57,996 bases of DNA from the NCBI GenBank assembly GCA_034434635.1, contig DAOTYX010000118.1:1-57996 (forward strand). Direction: 5' to 3'. Within the stretch, counting starts at the first letter, position 1, and each line of letters begins with the position of its first letter. The DNA comes from Anaerolineae bacterium. Lineage in GTDB: Bacteria > Chloroflexota > Anaerolineae > B4-G1 > DUEL01. This document shows, piece by piece, positions 19,198-28,177 of the stretch. Made by a program: the position numbers and the translations under genes. The notes under the pieces were generated by a model. It saw nothing but the letters and a program-made list of their open reading frames with translations. It searched no databases and was not told where the DNA came from.

Positions 19198-20742
19198 TTA
19201 CTCCCACTCGATGGTCGCCGGGGGTTTGGGGGTGACATCATAGACCACGCGGTTGATCCCCGGAACCTCGTTGACGATGCGGTTGCTGATGCGCGCCAGC
19301 AGGTCGAGATCCAACCGCGCCCAATCAGCGGTCATGAAGTCATCGGTAGTGACCACGCGCAGGGCGATCACCTGGTCGTAACTGCGACCGTCCCCCATCA
19401 CGCCCACGCTACGCACCGGCAGGAGCACGGCGAAGGCCTGCTGGGTGGCGGCGCGCAGTAATCCCGCAAGTCGGAGTTCTTCCAGCAGGATGGCGTCGGC
19501 GGCGCGCAGGGTCTCCAGCCGTTCCCACGTCACCTCGCCCAGCACGCGCACGGCCAACCCCGGCCCGGGGAAGGGCTGCCGCCAGACGATCTCGTCCGGC
19601 AGGCCCAACACCTCCCCCACTGCCCGTACCTCGTCCTTGAACAGGTAACGCAGCGGCTCAATCAACTGGAGGCGCATGTGCTCCGGCAGGCCGCCGACGT
19701 TGTGGTGGGTCTTGATCCGCCGGGCAGTGGGCCGGTCGGGCGCCGCTGACTCGATCACGTCTGGGTAGAGCGTCCCCTGCGCCAGGAAGTCCACCTGCCC
19801 CAACCGCTCCGCCTGGCGCTCGAAGACGCGGATGAATCGCTCGCCGATGCGCTTGCGCTTCTGCTCAGGGTCGGTGACCCCCTCCAGGACAGCCAGGAAC
19901 TCCTCCGTCGCGTCCACTGCCACCAGGGGCATCCCCAACCTGTCGCGGAAGGTGTGCACGACCTGCTCCGGCTCGTCACGACGGAGCAGGCCGGTGTTGA
20001 CGAAGATGCAGGTCAGCCGCTCGCCGACCGCCCGATGCACGAGCGTGGCGGTGACGGCTGAGTCCACCCCCCCGCTGAGTCCGCAGACGACCTTTCCATC
20101 GCCCACCCGGTCGCGAATGGCCGCCACGGCCTCGTCAATGAACGTGGTGGGGGTCCAGGTGGGCGCGCAGACGCAGACCTCGATGGCGAAACGTCGCAGG
20201 ATGTCCGCGCCGGCGGGGGTGTGGACCACCTCGGGGTGGAACTGCACCCCGTAGTACTGGCGCGTTGGGTCGCCCATCGCGGCGATGGGGGAGTTGTCAC
20301 TACAGGCCAGAACCTGAAAACCGGGCGGCAGCCGCTCGACGCGGTCGCCGTGGCTCATCCAGACCTGCGGCGCGCCCCGCAGCGGGGCCAGGAGAGGGGT
20401 GTCTGCACCGACCAGTCTGACCTGCACCGGGCCGTACTCTCGCCGGGCGGCTGGCGTGACCTTTCCGCCCAACCGGTGGGCCAGGAGTTGCATCCCGTAG
20501 CAGATGCCCAGGACCGGGAGGCCGGTTTCCAGGACATAGGGGGGCAGGGTCGGCGCGTCGGGGTCGTAGACGCTGGCCGGCCCCCCGGAGAGGATGAAGC
20601 CGCGCGGGCGCAAAGCCAGTACCTTCCCGGCGGGCGCGTCCCAGGGGAAGAGTTCGCAGTAGACGTGCGCTTCGCGCACCCGCCGGGCGATCAACTGGCT
20701 GGTCTGCGAGCCGAAGTCCAGGACGGCCAGCGCGTCGTGCAT
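19198..20742 (-). CDS. guaA: GMP synthase (glutamine-hydrolysing)
   Basis: [55 protein letters not shown]. Confidence 0.99.
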   Translation of the reverse strand: MHDALAVLDFGSQTSQLIARRVREAHVYCELFPWDAPAGKVLALRPRGFILSGGPASVYDPDAPTLPPYVLETGLPVLGICYGMQLLAHRLGGKVTPAARREYGPVQVRLVGADTPLLAPLRGAPQVWMSHGDRVERLPPGFQVLACSDNSPIAAMGDPTRQYYGVQFHPEVVHTPAGADILRRFAIEVCVCAPTWTPTTFIDEAVAAIRDRVGDGKVVCGLSGGVDSAVTATLVHRAVGERLTCIFVNTGLLRRDEPEQVVHTFRDRLGMPLVAVDATEEFLAVLEGVTDPEQKRKRIGERFIRVFERQAERLGQVDFLAQGTLYPDVIESAAPDRPTARRIKTHHNVGGLPEHMRLQLIEPLRYLFKDEVRAVGEVLGLPDEIVWRQPFPGPGLAVRVLGEVTWERLETLRAADAILLEELRLAGLLRAATQQAFAVLLPVRSVGVMGDGRSYDQVIALRVVTTDDFMTADWARLDLDLLARISNRIVNEVPGINRVVYDVTPKPPATIEWE

Positions 20743-20743
20743 C

Positions 20744-21316
20744 TCAGTCGGCCAGGATGATCCGGCCGTCGCGCATCTCGGCGATCGTCACCAGCGCCTC
20801 GATGGGCACGCCCAGGGAGGCCAGCACCTCTCGTCCTCCCTCGAAGCGCTTTTCGATCAGCACGCCGATGCCGGCCAGTTCCGCGCCAGCCTTCTGCACC
20901 AGGCGGACGAGTGCGGCGATGGTGTAGCCGGTGGCCAGGAAGTCGTCAATCACCAGCACGCGGTCGCCCGCATACAGGTATTCCGGCGAGACCATCAACA
21001 GCACCTCGACGCCTTTGGTATGGGAGGGGGCGCTTTCCACGTAGACCGGCTCAGCCATCGTGATCGGTTTGGTCTTGCGGGCGTAGAGGACAGGGACGCC
21101 GAGGACTTCGCCGGTGGCCAGCGCCGGGGCAATGCCGGAGATCTCGGCGGTGAGCACCTTGGTCACGCCTGCCCCGGCAAAGCGGCGTGCCAGTTCCTCG
21201 CCAGCGTGGCGGAGGAGGAGCGGGTCAATCTGGTGGTTGATGAAACCATCCACTTTGAGAATGCCGTGCCCCAGGTCCTTGCCCTCTTCCAGGATACGGC
21301 GCTTCAGTTCCTCCAT
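20744..21316 (-). CDS. xpt: Xanthine phosphoribosyltransferase
   Basis: [35 protein letters not shown] loop; AGGAGG SD. Confidence 0.95.
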   Translation of the reverse strand: MEELKRRILEEGKDLGHGILKVDGFINHQIDPLLLRHAGEELARRFAGAGVTKVLTAEISGIAPALATGEVLGVPVLYARKTKPITMAEPVYVESAPSHTKGVEVLLMVSPEYLYAGDRVLVIDDFLATGYTIAALVRLVQKAGAELAGIGVLIEKRFEGGREVLASLGVPIEALVTIAEMRDGRIILAD

Positions 21317-21466
21317 AGGCCCTCCTGACCGGGTTGGCAGCGCTCAACGGTGACGGCGAACCGTCAGCCGACCCGTCCTCAACGCAAGCAGCGGGCGACG
21401 CCAGAGGTGGAAAGGGGTGCCCGGTAAACGGAGGAGGGGCGCGACACAGTCACGCCCCTCTGGAAG

Positions 21467-21541
21467 TACCCCCGGCAGGATTCGAACCTGCGACCTTTTG
21501 GTCCGCAACCAAACGCTCTATCCAGCCTGAGCCACGGGGGC
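21467..21541 (-). tRNA. tRNA-Arg(GCG)
   Basis: GCCCCCG/CGGGGGT acceptor; anticodon arm TTTGG-TTGCGGA-CCAAA; GGTTCGAATCC T-arm; CCA not encoded. Confidence 0.95.
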
Positions 21542-21556
21542 ACGGTCACGCTACGC

Positions 21557-21648
21557 TGGCGGGGAGGCAGGGATTCGAACCCTGGGTCGAGTTTTACCCC
21601 GACAACCGCTTAGCAGGCGGCCCCGATCGTCCACTCCGGCACCTCCCC
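21557..21648 (-). tRNA. tRNA-Ser(GCT)
   Basis: GGGGAGG/CCTCCCC acceptor, G73 plus encoded CCA; anticodon loop CTGCTAA; long variable arm. Confidence 0.97.
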
Positions 21649-21671
21649 CTTACGGCTATGCTTTTGTTGAG

Positions 21672-21758
21672 CGGAGGCAGAGGGATTCGAACCCCCGGTG
21701 ACCTCACGGCCACAACGGTTTTCAAGACCGCCGCCATCGTCCACTCGGCCATCCCTCC
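21672..21758 (-). tRNA. tRNA-Ser(TGA)
   Basis: GGAGGGATGGCCGAGTGG; anticodon loop CTTGAAA; long variable arm; G6:G67 acceptor mismatch; CCA not encoded. Confidence 0.93.
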
Positions 21759-21820
21759 CGGAGGAGGGAGGAGGGCTCCCCCCTGCGACGCCCACATTCT
21801 ACCACGCTATGCGGCGGCTG

Positions 21821-23098
21821 TCAATCTGCGCCGATGACGGTGATCCCCCCCATCCATGGGCGCAGCACCTCTGGCACGACCACCGACCCGTCGGCGCGCT
21901 GGTAGTTTTCCAGCACGGCGATCATCACCCGCGGCAGGGCCAGGCCGGAGCCGTTGAGGGTGTGTACCAGGCGCGGACGTTCTCCGGGCTCAGGGCGGTA
22001 GCGGATATTGGCCCGGCGCGCCTGGAAGTCCCCGCAATTGCTCAGGCTACTCACCTCCAGCCACTCCGCGCAGCCCGGCGCCCACATCTCGATGTCGTAC
22101 GAGCGGGCGGCGGCGAAGCTCAGGTCGCCCGTGCAGATCTGCACCAGCCGGTGGGGGATTTCCAGCCGGCGGCAGATGTCGAGGGCGTGCTCGATCATCT
22201 GATCCAGGGTGTCATCACTCGTTTCGGGGGTGGTGAACTGGTACATCTCCACTTTGTCGAACTGATGGCCCCGTTTGATGCCGCGCACGTCCCGTCCGGC
22301 GCTCATCCGCTCGCGGCGGAAGCACGGGGTGTAGGCGACGTAGCGCAGCGGCAGGGCCTCGGCGGGGAGGATCTCGTCGCGGTGGAGGTTGGTGATGGGA
22401 ATCTCCGCCGTGCCCACCAGCCAGATGTCATCCTCGGCGTCGTGGTAGATGTTGTCGCGCAGTTTGGGCAGTTGCCCGGCCCCCCACATGCACTGTTCTT
22501 TGACCACGAAGGGCAGGTAGACCTCGCGGTAGCCGTGCTCGCGGGTGTGCACGTCGAGCATCCAGGCGATCAGCGCCCGCTGCAGCCGCGCTCCCGCTCC
22601 CTGCAGGACGTAGAAGCGGCTCCCCGCCAGTTTCACCCCGCGCTCGAAGTCGAGGATGCCCAGTTCGGGCCCCAGGTCCCAGTGGGGCAGCGGTTCGAAG
22701 TCGAACTCCGGCGGCGTCCCCCAACTGCGCAGGATAACGTTGTGGGACTCGTCGGGTCCCACAGGCACCGACGGCTGGGGGATGTTGGGCAGGCTCAGCA
22801 GCATCTGTTCCCGCTCCTGCTCCGCCTGACGCACCTCTTCTTCCAACGCGGCGATGCGGTCGCCCACGGCGCGCATGCGCTCGATGAGCGGCTCGCGCCC
22901 GGCAGGGTCTTTCATGCGGCCGATCTCTTTGGAGACGCGGTTGCGCTCGGCGCGCTGCTCCTCCACCTGGGCCAACAGGTTGCGCCACCGTTCATCGGCC
23001 GCCAGGACGCGGTCCACGATCTCGGGAGACTCGTTGCGGGCAGCCAGCGCCGCGCGGACGGTTTCTGGCTCTTTGCGGATCAGACCGATGTCAAGCAT
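21821..23098 (-). CDS. serS: Seryl-tRNA synthetase
   Basis: N-terminal coiled-coil arm, LVGTAEIP, FRRE, HQFDKVE, LEVSSLSNCGDFQARR, HTLNGSGLA. Confidence 0.99.
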   Translation of the reverse strand: MLDIGLIRKEPETVRAALAARNESPEIVDRVLAADERWRNLLAQVEEQRAERNRVSKEIGRMKDPAGREPLIERMRAVGDRIAALEEEVRQAEQEREQMLLSLPNIPQPSVPVGPDESHNVILRSWGTPPEFDFEPLPHWDLGPELGILDFERGVKLAGSRFYVLQGAGARLQRALIAWMLDVHTREHGYREVYLPFVVKEQCMWGAGQLPKLRDNIYHDAEDDIWLVGTAEIPITNLHRDEILPAEALPLRYVAYTPCFRRERMSAGRDVRGIKRGHQFDKVEMYQFTTPETSDDTLDQMIEHALDICRRLEIPHRLVQICTGDLSFAAARSYDIEMWAPGCAEWLEVSSLSNCGDFQARRANIRYRPEPGERPRLVHTLNGSGLALPRVMIAVLENYQRADGSVVVPEVLRPWMGGITVIGAD

Positions 23099-24626
23099 CT
23101 TGCGCCTCCTGGTGTGGCTGTCCTTCCGCCTCCCGCGACCGCAGGTGCGGGAAGAGGATCACCTCGCGGATGGAAGCGCGGTCGGTGAAGAGCATGACCA
23201 GCCGGTCCACGCCCAGGCCGAAGCCGCCGTTAGGGGGCATGCCGTACATCATCGCCCGGATGTAGTCCTCATCCAACGGATGGGCCTCCTCGTCGTCAGC
23301 CCCATACAGCCGCCCCATCTCCAGGAAGCGCTGCTCCTGGTCGAAGGGGTCGTTCAGTTCGCTGAAGGCATTGCCCATCTCGATCCCGCCGATGAAGAAC
23401 TCGAACCGCTCGACGTGGGTGGGGTCGTCCGGCTTGGCCTTGGCCAGCGGGGAGATGTCCCGCGGGTAGTCGTAGACGATAGTAGGCTGGATCAGGCGCG
23501 GCTCGACGATGCTGCCCAACAGGCTCTTGTCAATCATCTTCCCCCAGGTTGCGCCGGGGTCGGGCTGACGGCCGGCCGCCCGCAACGCCTGGCGCAGCGC
23601 TTCGGCGGTGGGATAGGCCAGGTAGTCAATGCCACAGGCCTCCAGGATCGCCTGACGCAACGTCACGCGCCGCCAGGGAGGCGTCAGGTCCACGGTGTGA
23701 CCCTGGTAGGTGATCTTCATCGTTCCCAGCACCTCCTGGGCCACGGTGGAGATCATCTGCTCCGCCAGTTCCATAACGTCCCGGTAATCGAGGTAGGCGG
23801 CGTAGAACTCCAGCTGGGTGAACTCGGGGTTGTGCTTGAAGGAGACGCCCTCGTTGCGGAAGTCGCGGCCGATCTCGTAGACGCGGTCGAAGCCGCCGAC
23901 CAACAGACGCTTGAGGTAGAGTTCGAAGGAGATACGCAGGTAGAGGTCCTGGTTGAGTTGGTTGTGGTGGGTGGTGAAGGGACGGGCTGCCGCGCCGCCG
24001 TAGATGGGATGCAGAATCGGTGTCTCCACTTCCATAAAGCCGCGTCCATCCAGGAAGCGGCGCAGCGCAGCGACGGTGCGGGTGCGGACGCGGAAGAGTT
24101 CGCGCACCTCCGGGTGGACCGCCAGGTCGGCGTACCGCTGGCGGTAGCGCTCTTCGACGTCGCTCAGGGCGGAGTAGCGGACGATCTGCTCGCCGACCCG
24201 CTGCTCCTTGCCCCACGGCAGGGGGGTGATGCTCTTGGCCAGCATGCGCAGCCGCTGCACGTGGACGGTGATCTCGCCAGTGCGGGTGCGGAACATCCTC
24301 CCCTGCGCCTCGATGAAGTCCCCCAGATCGAAGTCCTGCTTGAGCGTCTGGTAGGTCTCCTCGCCCAGTTCGTTCACGCGCAGCATGAGTTGCAGTTTGC
24401 CGCTCTCGTCCTCGATATGGGCGAAGGAGGCCTTGCCCATCACGCGCAGGCTGCGCAGTCGTCCGGCGACGGTGACCTCCACGCCCTCGCCCGCGGTCTC
24501 GAAGGCGGCCAGGGCCTGGGCCAGGGTGTGGGTGCGCCCGGCGCGCGCCGGGTAGGGGTCCCACCCCTTTTCTCGTAGTCGTTCCAGATTTTGCAGGCGT
24601 TGCCGTTCCAGGTCATTCAATTCCAT
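23091..24626 (-). CDS. lysS: Lysyl-tRNA synthetase (class II)
   Basis: OB-fold, RYRQRYADL, YGGAAARPF, FRNEG, HNPEFTQLE, YGMPPNGGFGLGVDRL. Confidence 0.99.
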   Translation of the reverse strand: MELNDLERQRLQNLERLREKGWDPYPARAGRTHTLAQALAAFETAGEGVEVTVAGRLRSLRVMGKASFAHIEDESGKLQLMLRVNELGEETYQTLKQDFDLGDFIEAQGRMFRTRTGEITVHVQRLRMLAKSITPLPWGKEQRVGEQIVRYSALSDVEERYRQRYADLAVHPEVRELFRVRTRTVAALRRFLDGRGFMEVETPILHPIYGGAAARPFTTHHNQLNQDLYLRISFELYLKRLLVGGFDRVYEIGRDFRNEGVSFKHNPEFTQLEFYAAYLDYRDVMELAEQMISTVAQEVLGTMKITYQGHTVDLTPPWRRVTLRQAILEACGIDYLAYPTAEALRQALRAAGRQPDPGATWGKMIDKSLLGSIVEPRLIQPTIVYDYPRDISPLAKAKPDDPTHVERFEFFIGGIEMGNAFSELNDPFDQEQRFLEMGRLYGADDEEAHPLDEDYIRAMMYGMPPNGGFGLGVDRLVMLFTDRASIREVILFPHLRSREAEGQPHQEAQDA

Positions 24627-24732
24627 AGCAGCCTGCCTCCTGTCACAAAAGCGATATGAAAAACGCCCGCGCTGCCAGGTGGGCGGGCGTTCGTGCGGTG
24701 GGGCGATTGGCCCACCCCGATGCGCCTTTCGT

Positions 24733-25200
24733 TCAGTGGATCCCGACGATGCGGAAGGTCAGCATGCCCGCAGGGGCCTGGACCTGCACCTCATCTCCCA
24801 CTTTGTGGCCCATGAGCGCCTTGCCCAGGGGAGACTCGTAGGAGATCTTGCCTACAGACGGGTCTGTCTCCGCCGAGCCGACGATGTGGTAGGTCTCTGG
24901 TGCGCCGTCCTTTTCCACTATCGTCACCCGGCTGCCCAGGCGGACCGTCTCTTTCCCCCCTTCTTCCTGGATGATCTGCGAGCTGCGCAGGAGACCCTCC
25001 AGTTCCAGGATGCGCCCCTCGACGAAGGCCTGCTCGTTGCGCGCGGCCTCCAGTTCGGCGTTCTCCAGGAGTTCCCCTTCTGCCAACGCCTCATGCAGGC
25101 GGCGAGCCACCTCCTGCCGGCGCACCGTGCGCAGGTAGTTCAGTTCGGCCTCCAGCTTTTCGTATCCCTCGCGGGTCAGGTAAACCAGATGTTCGCCCAT
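24733..25200 (-). CDS. greA: Transcription elongation factor GreA
   Basis: LTREGYEKLEAEL, EGELLENAELEAA, GKISYESPLGKALMG. Confidence 0.95.
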   Translation of the reverse strand: MGEHLVYLTREGYEKLEAELNYLRTVRRQEVARRLHEALAEGELLENAELEAARNEQAFVEGRILELEGLLRSSQIIQEEGGKETVRLGSRVTIVEKDGAPETYHIVGSAETDPSVGKISYESPLGKALMGHKVGDEVQVQAPAGMLTFRIVGIH

Positions 25201-25262
25201 AGCCCCCTATGAGTGACCCTTATGATGACGCAACAGTTCTGAACCGTCACTGGATAACAATG

Positions 25263-25326
25263 AAAACCCGCTATCGCACTCCGCCCGCCCATGCAGGGCG
25301 GGTGGAGTGACGGTAGCGCGGGTTTT
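25263..25326 (-). terminator. Long GC hairpin with 4-U tails in both directions, in the greA leader
   Basis: aaaacccgctatcgcactccgcccgccc ... gggcgggtggagtgacggtagcgcgggtttt. Confidence 0.65.
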
Positions 25327-25424
25327 GGCTGATCCGCTGCAGGGTGACTGCTCCTTGAGTGCGGCGGATCAAGACACGTCACGATGGAGCAAGAAGAAGC
25401 CCCCTATTGAGGGAATGGCGTCTT

Positions 25425-25453
25425 ATTATACCTCAGACTGCTTTTTTTGTAAA
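25425..25453 (-). promoter_or_regulatory. Sigma70-type promoter for greA-lysS-serS
   Basis: TTTACA (25453-25448), 17 bp spacer, TATAAT (25430-25425). Confidence 0.75.
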
Positions 25454-25471
25454 GCAGCATGCCCGGGTAGA

Positions 25472-25525
25472 TGTGTCCCAATTTGTAGGACAACTGCGAG
25501 CAGTTGTCCTACAAATTGGGACACA
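25472..25525. repeat. REP-like perfect palindrome, copy A (GTAG type)
   Basis: tgtgtcccaatttgtaggacaactgc-ga-gcagttgtcctacaaattgggacaca: perfect 26-bp inverted repeat. Confidence 0.9.
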
Positions 25526-25542
25526 CCTGCCTGGGTCCTGCG

Positions 25543-26907
25543 CTATCCCTCGATCTCTTCCAGTTCGGCCCGCAGCCGGGCGTGGCTGGCCTTGGTCACC
25601 GGATACCAGATCAGCAACGGCAGGCTGAGGATGAGGATGATCGAGGGAATCAGGCCGAAGAAGAGCCGAATCCCCAGCAGGGCTATGTCGGTCTGCGGAA
25701 CCCCGGCCACGTAGCCGAACAGGGCCAGCGCCCAGCCGCTGACCGCTACCCCCAGCGCGTTGGTGAATTTGCTGAGCAGGGCCCACACTCCGTAGTACGT
25801 GCCTTCCCGCCGCTCGCGCGTTTCTTTCTGGTCGTACTCGACCACGTCGGGCAGCATGCTCCAGGGGAAGACCCACTGGGCGGAGAAGCCGAAGCCGGCA
25901 ACAAAGGCGATGACGTAGATGATCGGCGTGGGGCGGTGCGGCAGGAAGAAGGTGCAGATGACGGCCACGGAGGCCACAAACAGCCCCAGGGCGTAGGCGG
26001 GCCCCTTGTTGATCCGATCGGAGATCACCTTCCAGGGGAACAAGAAAAGCCCCACGCTCCCCAGCATGATCAGGAGGATGAGCGAGACCTGGGCTTCCAT
26101 GTTCAAGTGATAGGTCACGTAGTACGGAACCAGGCTGGTCATCAACGTGAAACTGAAGCTGCTGATGAAGAAGGCTGCCATCAGGCGGAGGAAGGGGCGG
26201 TTGCGCAGCGTCTGTACCAGCGCGGAGAGGGGAGGTAAGCGGGAGGAACGCACGCCCTCTGCGGTCCGCTCACGGACACCCAGCCCCGTAGTGAGGACGG
26301 TAGCGGCGGCGATGAGGCCCAAAACGCCGCCCATGCCGCTATAGGCTGCCCGTTCCGGCCAGCCCAGCAGGTCCCGAAACAGCCCTGCGATGACCGGCGT
26401 GGCCGCTGCGCCGAGGATGTAGCCGACGACGCTGAACACCATCCGCACAGCGGTGAGGCTGGTGCGCTCCTCGTAGTCGTGTGTGAGTTCCGGCGTCAGG
26501 GCGTAGTAGGGGACGCTCACGAGGGTGTGCAGCGTGTCGAACAGCAGGAAGGAGAGCAGGACGGCGAAGAAGGCCGTGGCACCGGTAAGGCCGCCGGGTA
26601 TGGAGAACAGCAGCCAGGTGACCAGGCCCAGCGGCACGGCGCCGAACAGCAGGTAGGGGCGGCGCCGTCCCAGCCGCGTGCGTGTCCGGTCGGAGTAGTA
26701 GCCGAAGAGGGGGTCATTGACAGCATCCCAGGTGAGTTTGCCCACCATCAGGGCCAACCCCGTCAGCGCCGGATCGAAGCCCAACACGTCGGTGTAGAAA
26801 AAGAGCAGGAAGAACTGTAGGGACGCGGTCAGCATGGCAATGCCGCTGTCGGCCACGCCGTAGAGGACCTTGGAGCGAGCGGATAGCCTCTCCGTGAGAG
26901 CGTTCAT
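25543..26907 (-). CDS. MFS transporter, glycoside-pentoside-hexuronide (MelB-like) family
   Basis: WDAVNDPLFGYYSDRTRTRLGRRRPY, VPYYALTPELT, MLPDVVEY; about 12 TM. Confidence 0.92.
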   Translation of the reverse strand: MNALTERLSARSKVLYGVADSGIAMLTASLQFFLLFFYTDVLGFDPALTGLALMVGKLTWDAVNDPLFGYYSDRTRTRLGRRRPYLLFGAVPLGLVTWLLFSIPGGLTGATAFFAVLLSFLLFDTLHTLVSVPYYALTPELTHDYEERTSLTAVRMVFSVVGYILGAAATPVIAGLFRDLLGWPERAAYSGMGGVLGLIAAATVLTTGLGVRERTAEGVRSSRLPPLSALVQTLRNRPFLRLMAAFFISSFSFTLMTSLVPYYVTYHLNMEAQVSLILLIMLGSVGLFLFPWKVISDRINKGPAYALGLFVASVAVICTFFLPHRPTPIIYVIAFVAGFGFSAQWVFPWSMLPDVVEYDQKETRERREGTYYGVWALLSKFTNALGVAVSGWALALFGYVAGVPQTDIALLGIRLFFGLIPSIILILSLPLLIWYPVTKASHARLRAELEEIEG

Positions 26908-26960
26908 CAGCCTCGAGCCTCCTTTCCTTGCGTCTGCTCACCTTCTCGTCGTTGCGGGCC

Positions 26961-27000
26961 GCCCTGAGCGGAGCGAGCACAGCGAGCGGAGTCGAAGGGC
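26961..27000. repeat. Short extragenic repeat of the GCCCTGAGCGGAG...GTCGAAGGGC type
   Basis: gccctgagcggagcgagcacagcgagcggagtcgaagggc; gccct/agggc ends pair. Single copy in the window. Confidence 0.45.
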
Positions 27001-27031
27001 GACCCGCAGTGCACCAAACGGCCTGCGGAGG

Positions 27032-28102
27032 TCATCCGACCTCATCCGGCCGCACCTCCCGGCCGCTGCAGGCCGAGACGTGAGCCGCAAGGGTGAACTG
27101 AAGCACCGCTTTCCCGGTCAGCCCATCGAGGACGGGCTGCCCGCCGCTCGTCAGCGCCTGGATCAGATGACGGGTGCAGTCAATGAAACTGTCGTGCCAT
27201 TCCACCCGCTCGACCGGGATGGGGGTCGTCTTCCCGTCGCGGAACAGCATCAGCGGCGGAAGGTCCACCGTTCGGGCCGTGCAGCGGTTGACGAAGAGGA
27301 TGCCGCGATCCCCAATGACCTCCACACGGTCGTCGTCGGCGTAGTAGAGCGAGTCCATGACCATGTTCGGGGTGTGGGCAAAGTCCATCACCCCGTAACG
27401 GCGGGGGGTCTTGAACTGGAACATGATCACCGCCGGGGCGTCCAGGTACTTGGTGGGCACCACGCGCGTGTGGTCGATCCAGGCGGTGACCCGCTCTACC
27501 GGGCCCATCAGGTGGTAGGCCAGCGAGAAGATGTGGTAGCCGTGGTCGAAGACCAGAGGGCCCCCGCCGCAGCGCTGCTCGTCGAAGCGCCAGACCCAGG
27601 CGCTGATGGGGACTTTCCATCCCGTCGCGCTCTTGCCGGTGTTCACGTGCAGGCGGATCATCTGGGGCTCGCCGATCTCGCCAGCCTCGATCATCTCTTT
27701 GGCGCGCACGTGCGGCGGGTAGAAGACGAAGTTCTCATAGACCCGCAGCACCACGCCGGCCTGCCGCGCCGCCGCGATCATCTGGTCCGCTTCACCCGCG
27801 GTGAGCGCCATCGGCTTCTGCACCGAGACGTGCTTCCCGGCCTGGCAGGCGGCGACGGTCATCGGGCAGTGCAGGTCGTGAGGTACCAGCAACTCCACCA
27901 GGTCGACCTCGGGATCCTCCAATACCTGCCGGTAGTCCGTGTAGACCCGCTCCACGCCCCAGGCGCGGGCTTTTGCCTGGGCGCGTCGCCGGTTGGTGTC
28001 GCACACCGCGATGATACGCGCCTCCTCCAGCCCCTGGTAGCCCAACTGATGCAGGTCAGAGATGCGGCCGCAGCCGACAATCGCGACGCGAACAGGAACC
28101 AT
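27032..28102 (-). CDS. Gfo/Idh/MocA family oxidoreductase
   Basis: VGCGRIS Rossmann motif, VQKPMA, GGGPLVFDHGYH. Confidence 0.92.
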   Translation of the reverse strand: MVPVRVAIVGCGRISDLHQLGYQGLEEARIIAVCDTNRRRAQAKARAWGVERVYTDYRQVLEDPEVDLVELLVPHDLHCPMTVAACQAGKHVSVQKPMALTAGEADQMIAAARQAGVVLRVYENFVFYPPHVRAKEMIEAGEIGEPQMIRLHVNTGKSATGWKVPISAWVWRFDEQRCGGGPLVFDHGYHIFSLAYHLMGPVERVTAWIDHTRVVPTKYLDAPAVIMFQFKTPRRYGVMDFAHTPNMVMDSLYYADDDRVEVIGDRGILFVNRCTARTVDLPPLMLFRDGKTTPIPVERVEWHDSFIDCTRHLIQALTSGGQPVLDGLTGKAVLQFTLAAHVSACSGREVRPDEVG

Positions 28103-28177
28103 TCTCTCCTCCCGAGACCTGAGATGACCTCGCCGCCCTTCAACTGCACTCGCTCCGCTCGGGGCGGCCGGCAGCGC

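Noticed and set aside
21317-21466. Purine (guanine) or ZTP riboswitch upstream of xpt-guaA
   Set aside because: Conserved junction and loop nucleotides are not present; kept only as a weak unknown-structure candidate.
24627-24732. T-box leader for lysS or serS
   Set aside because: Spacer too short; no T-box sequence or specifier stem; serS overlaps lysS.
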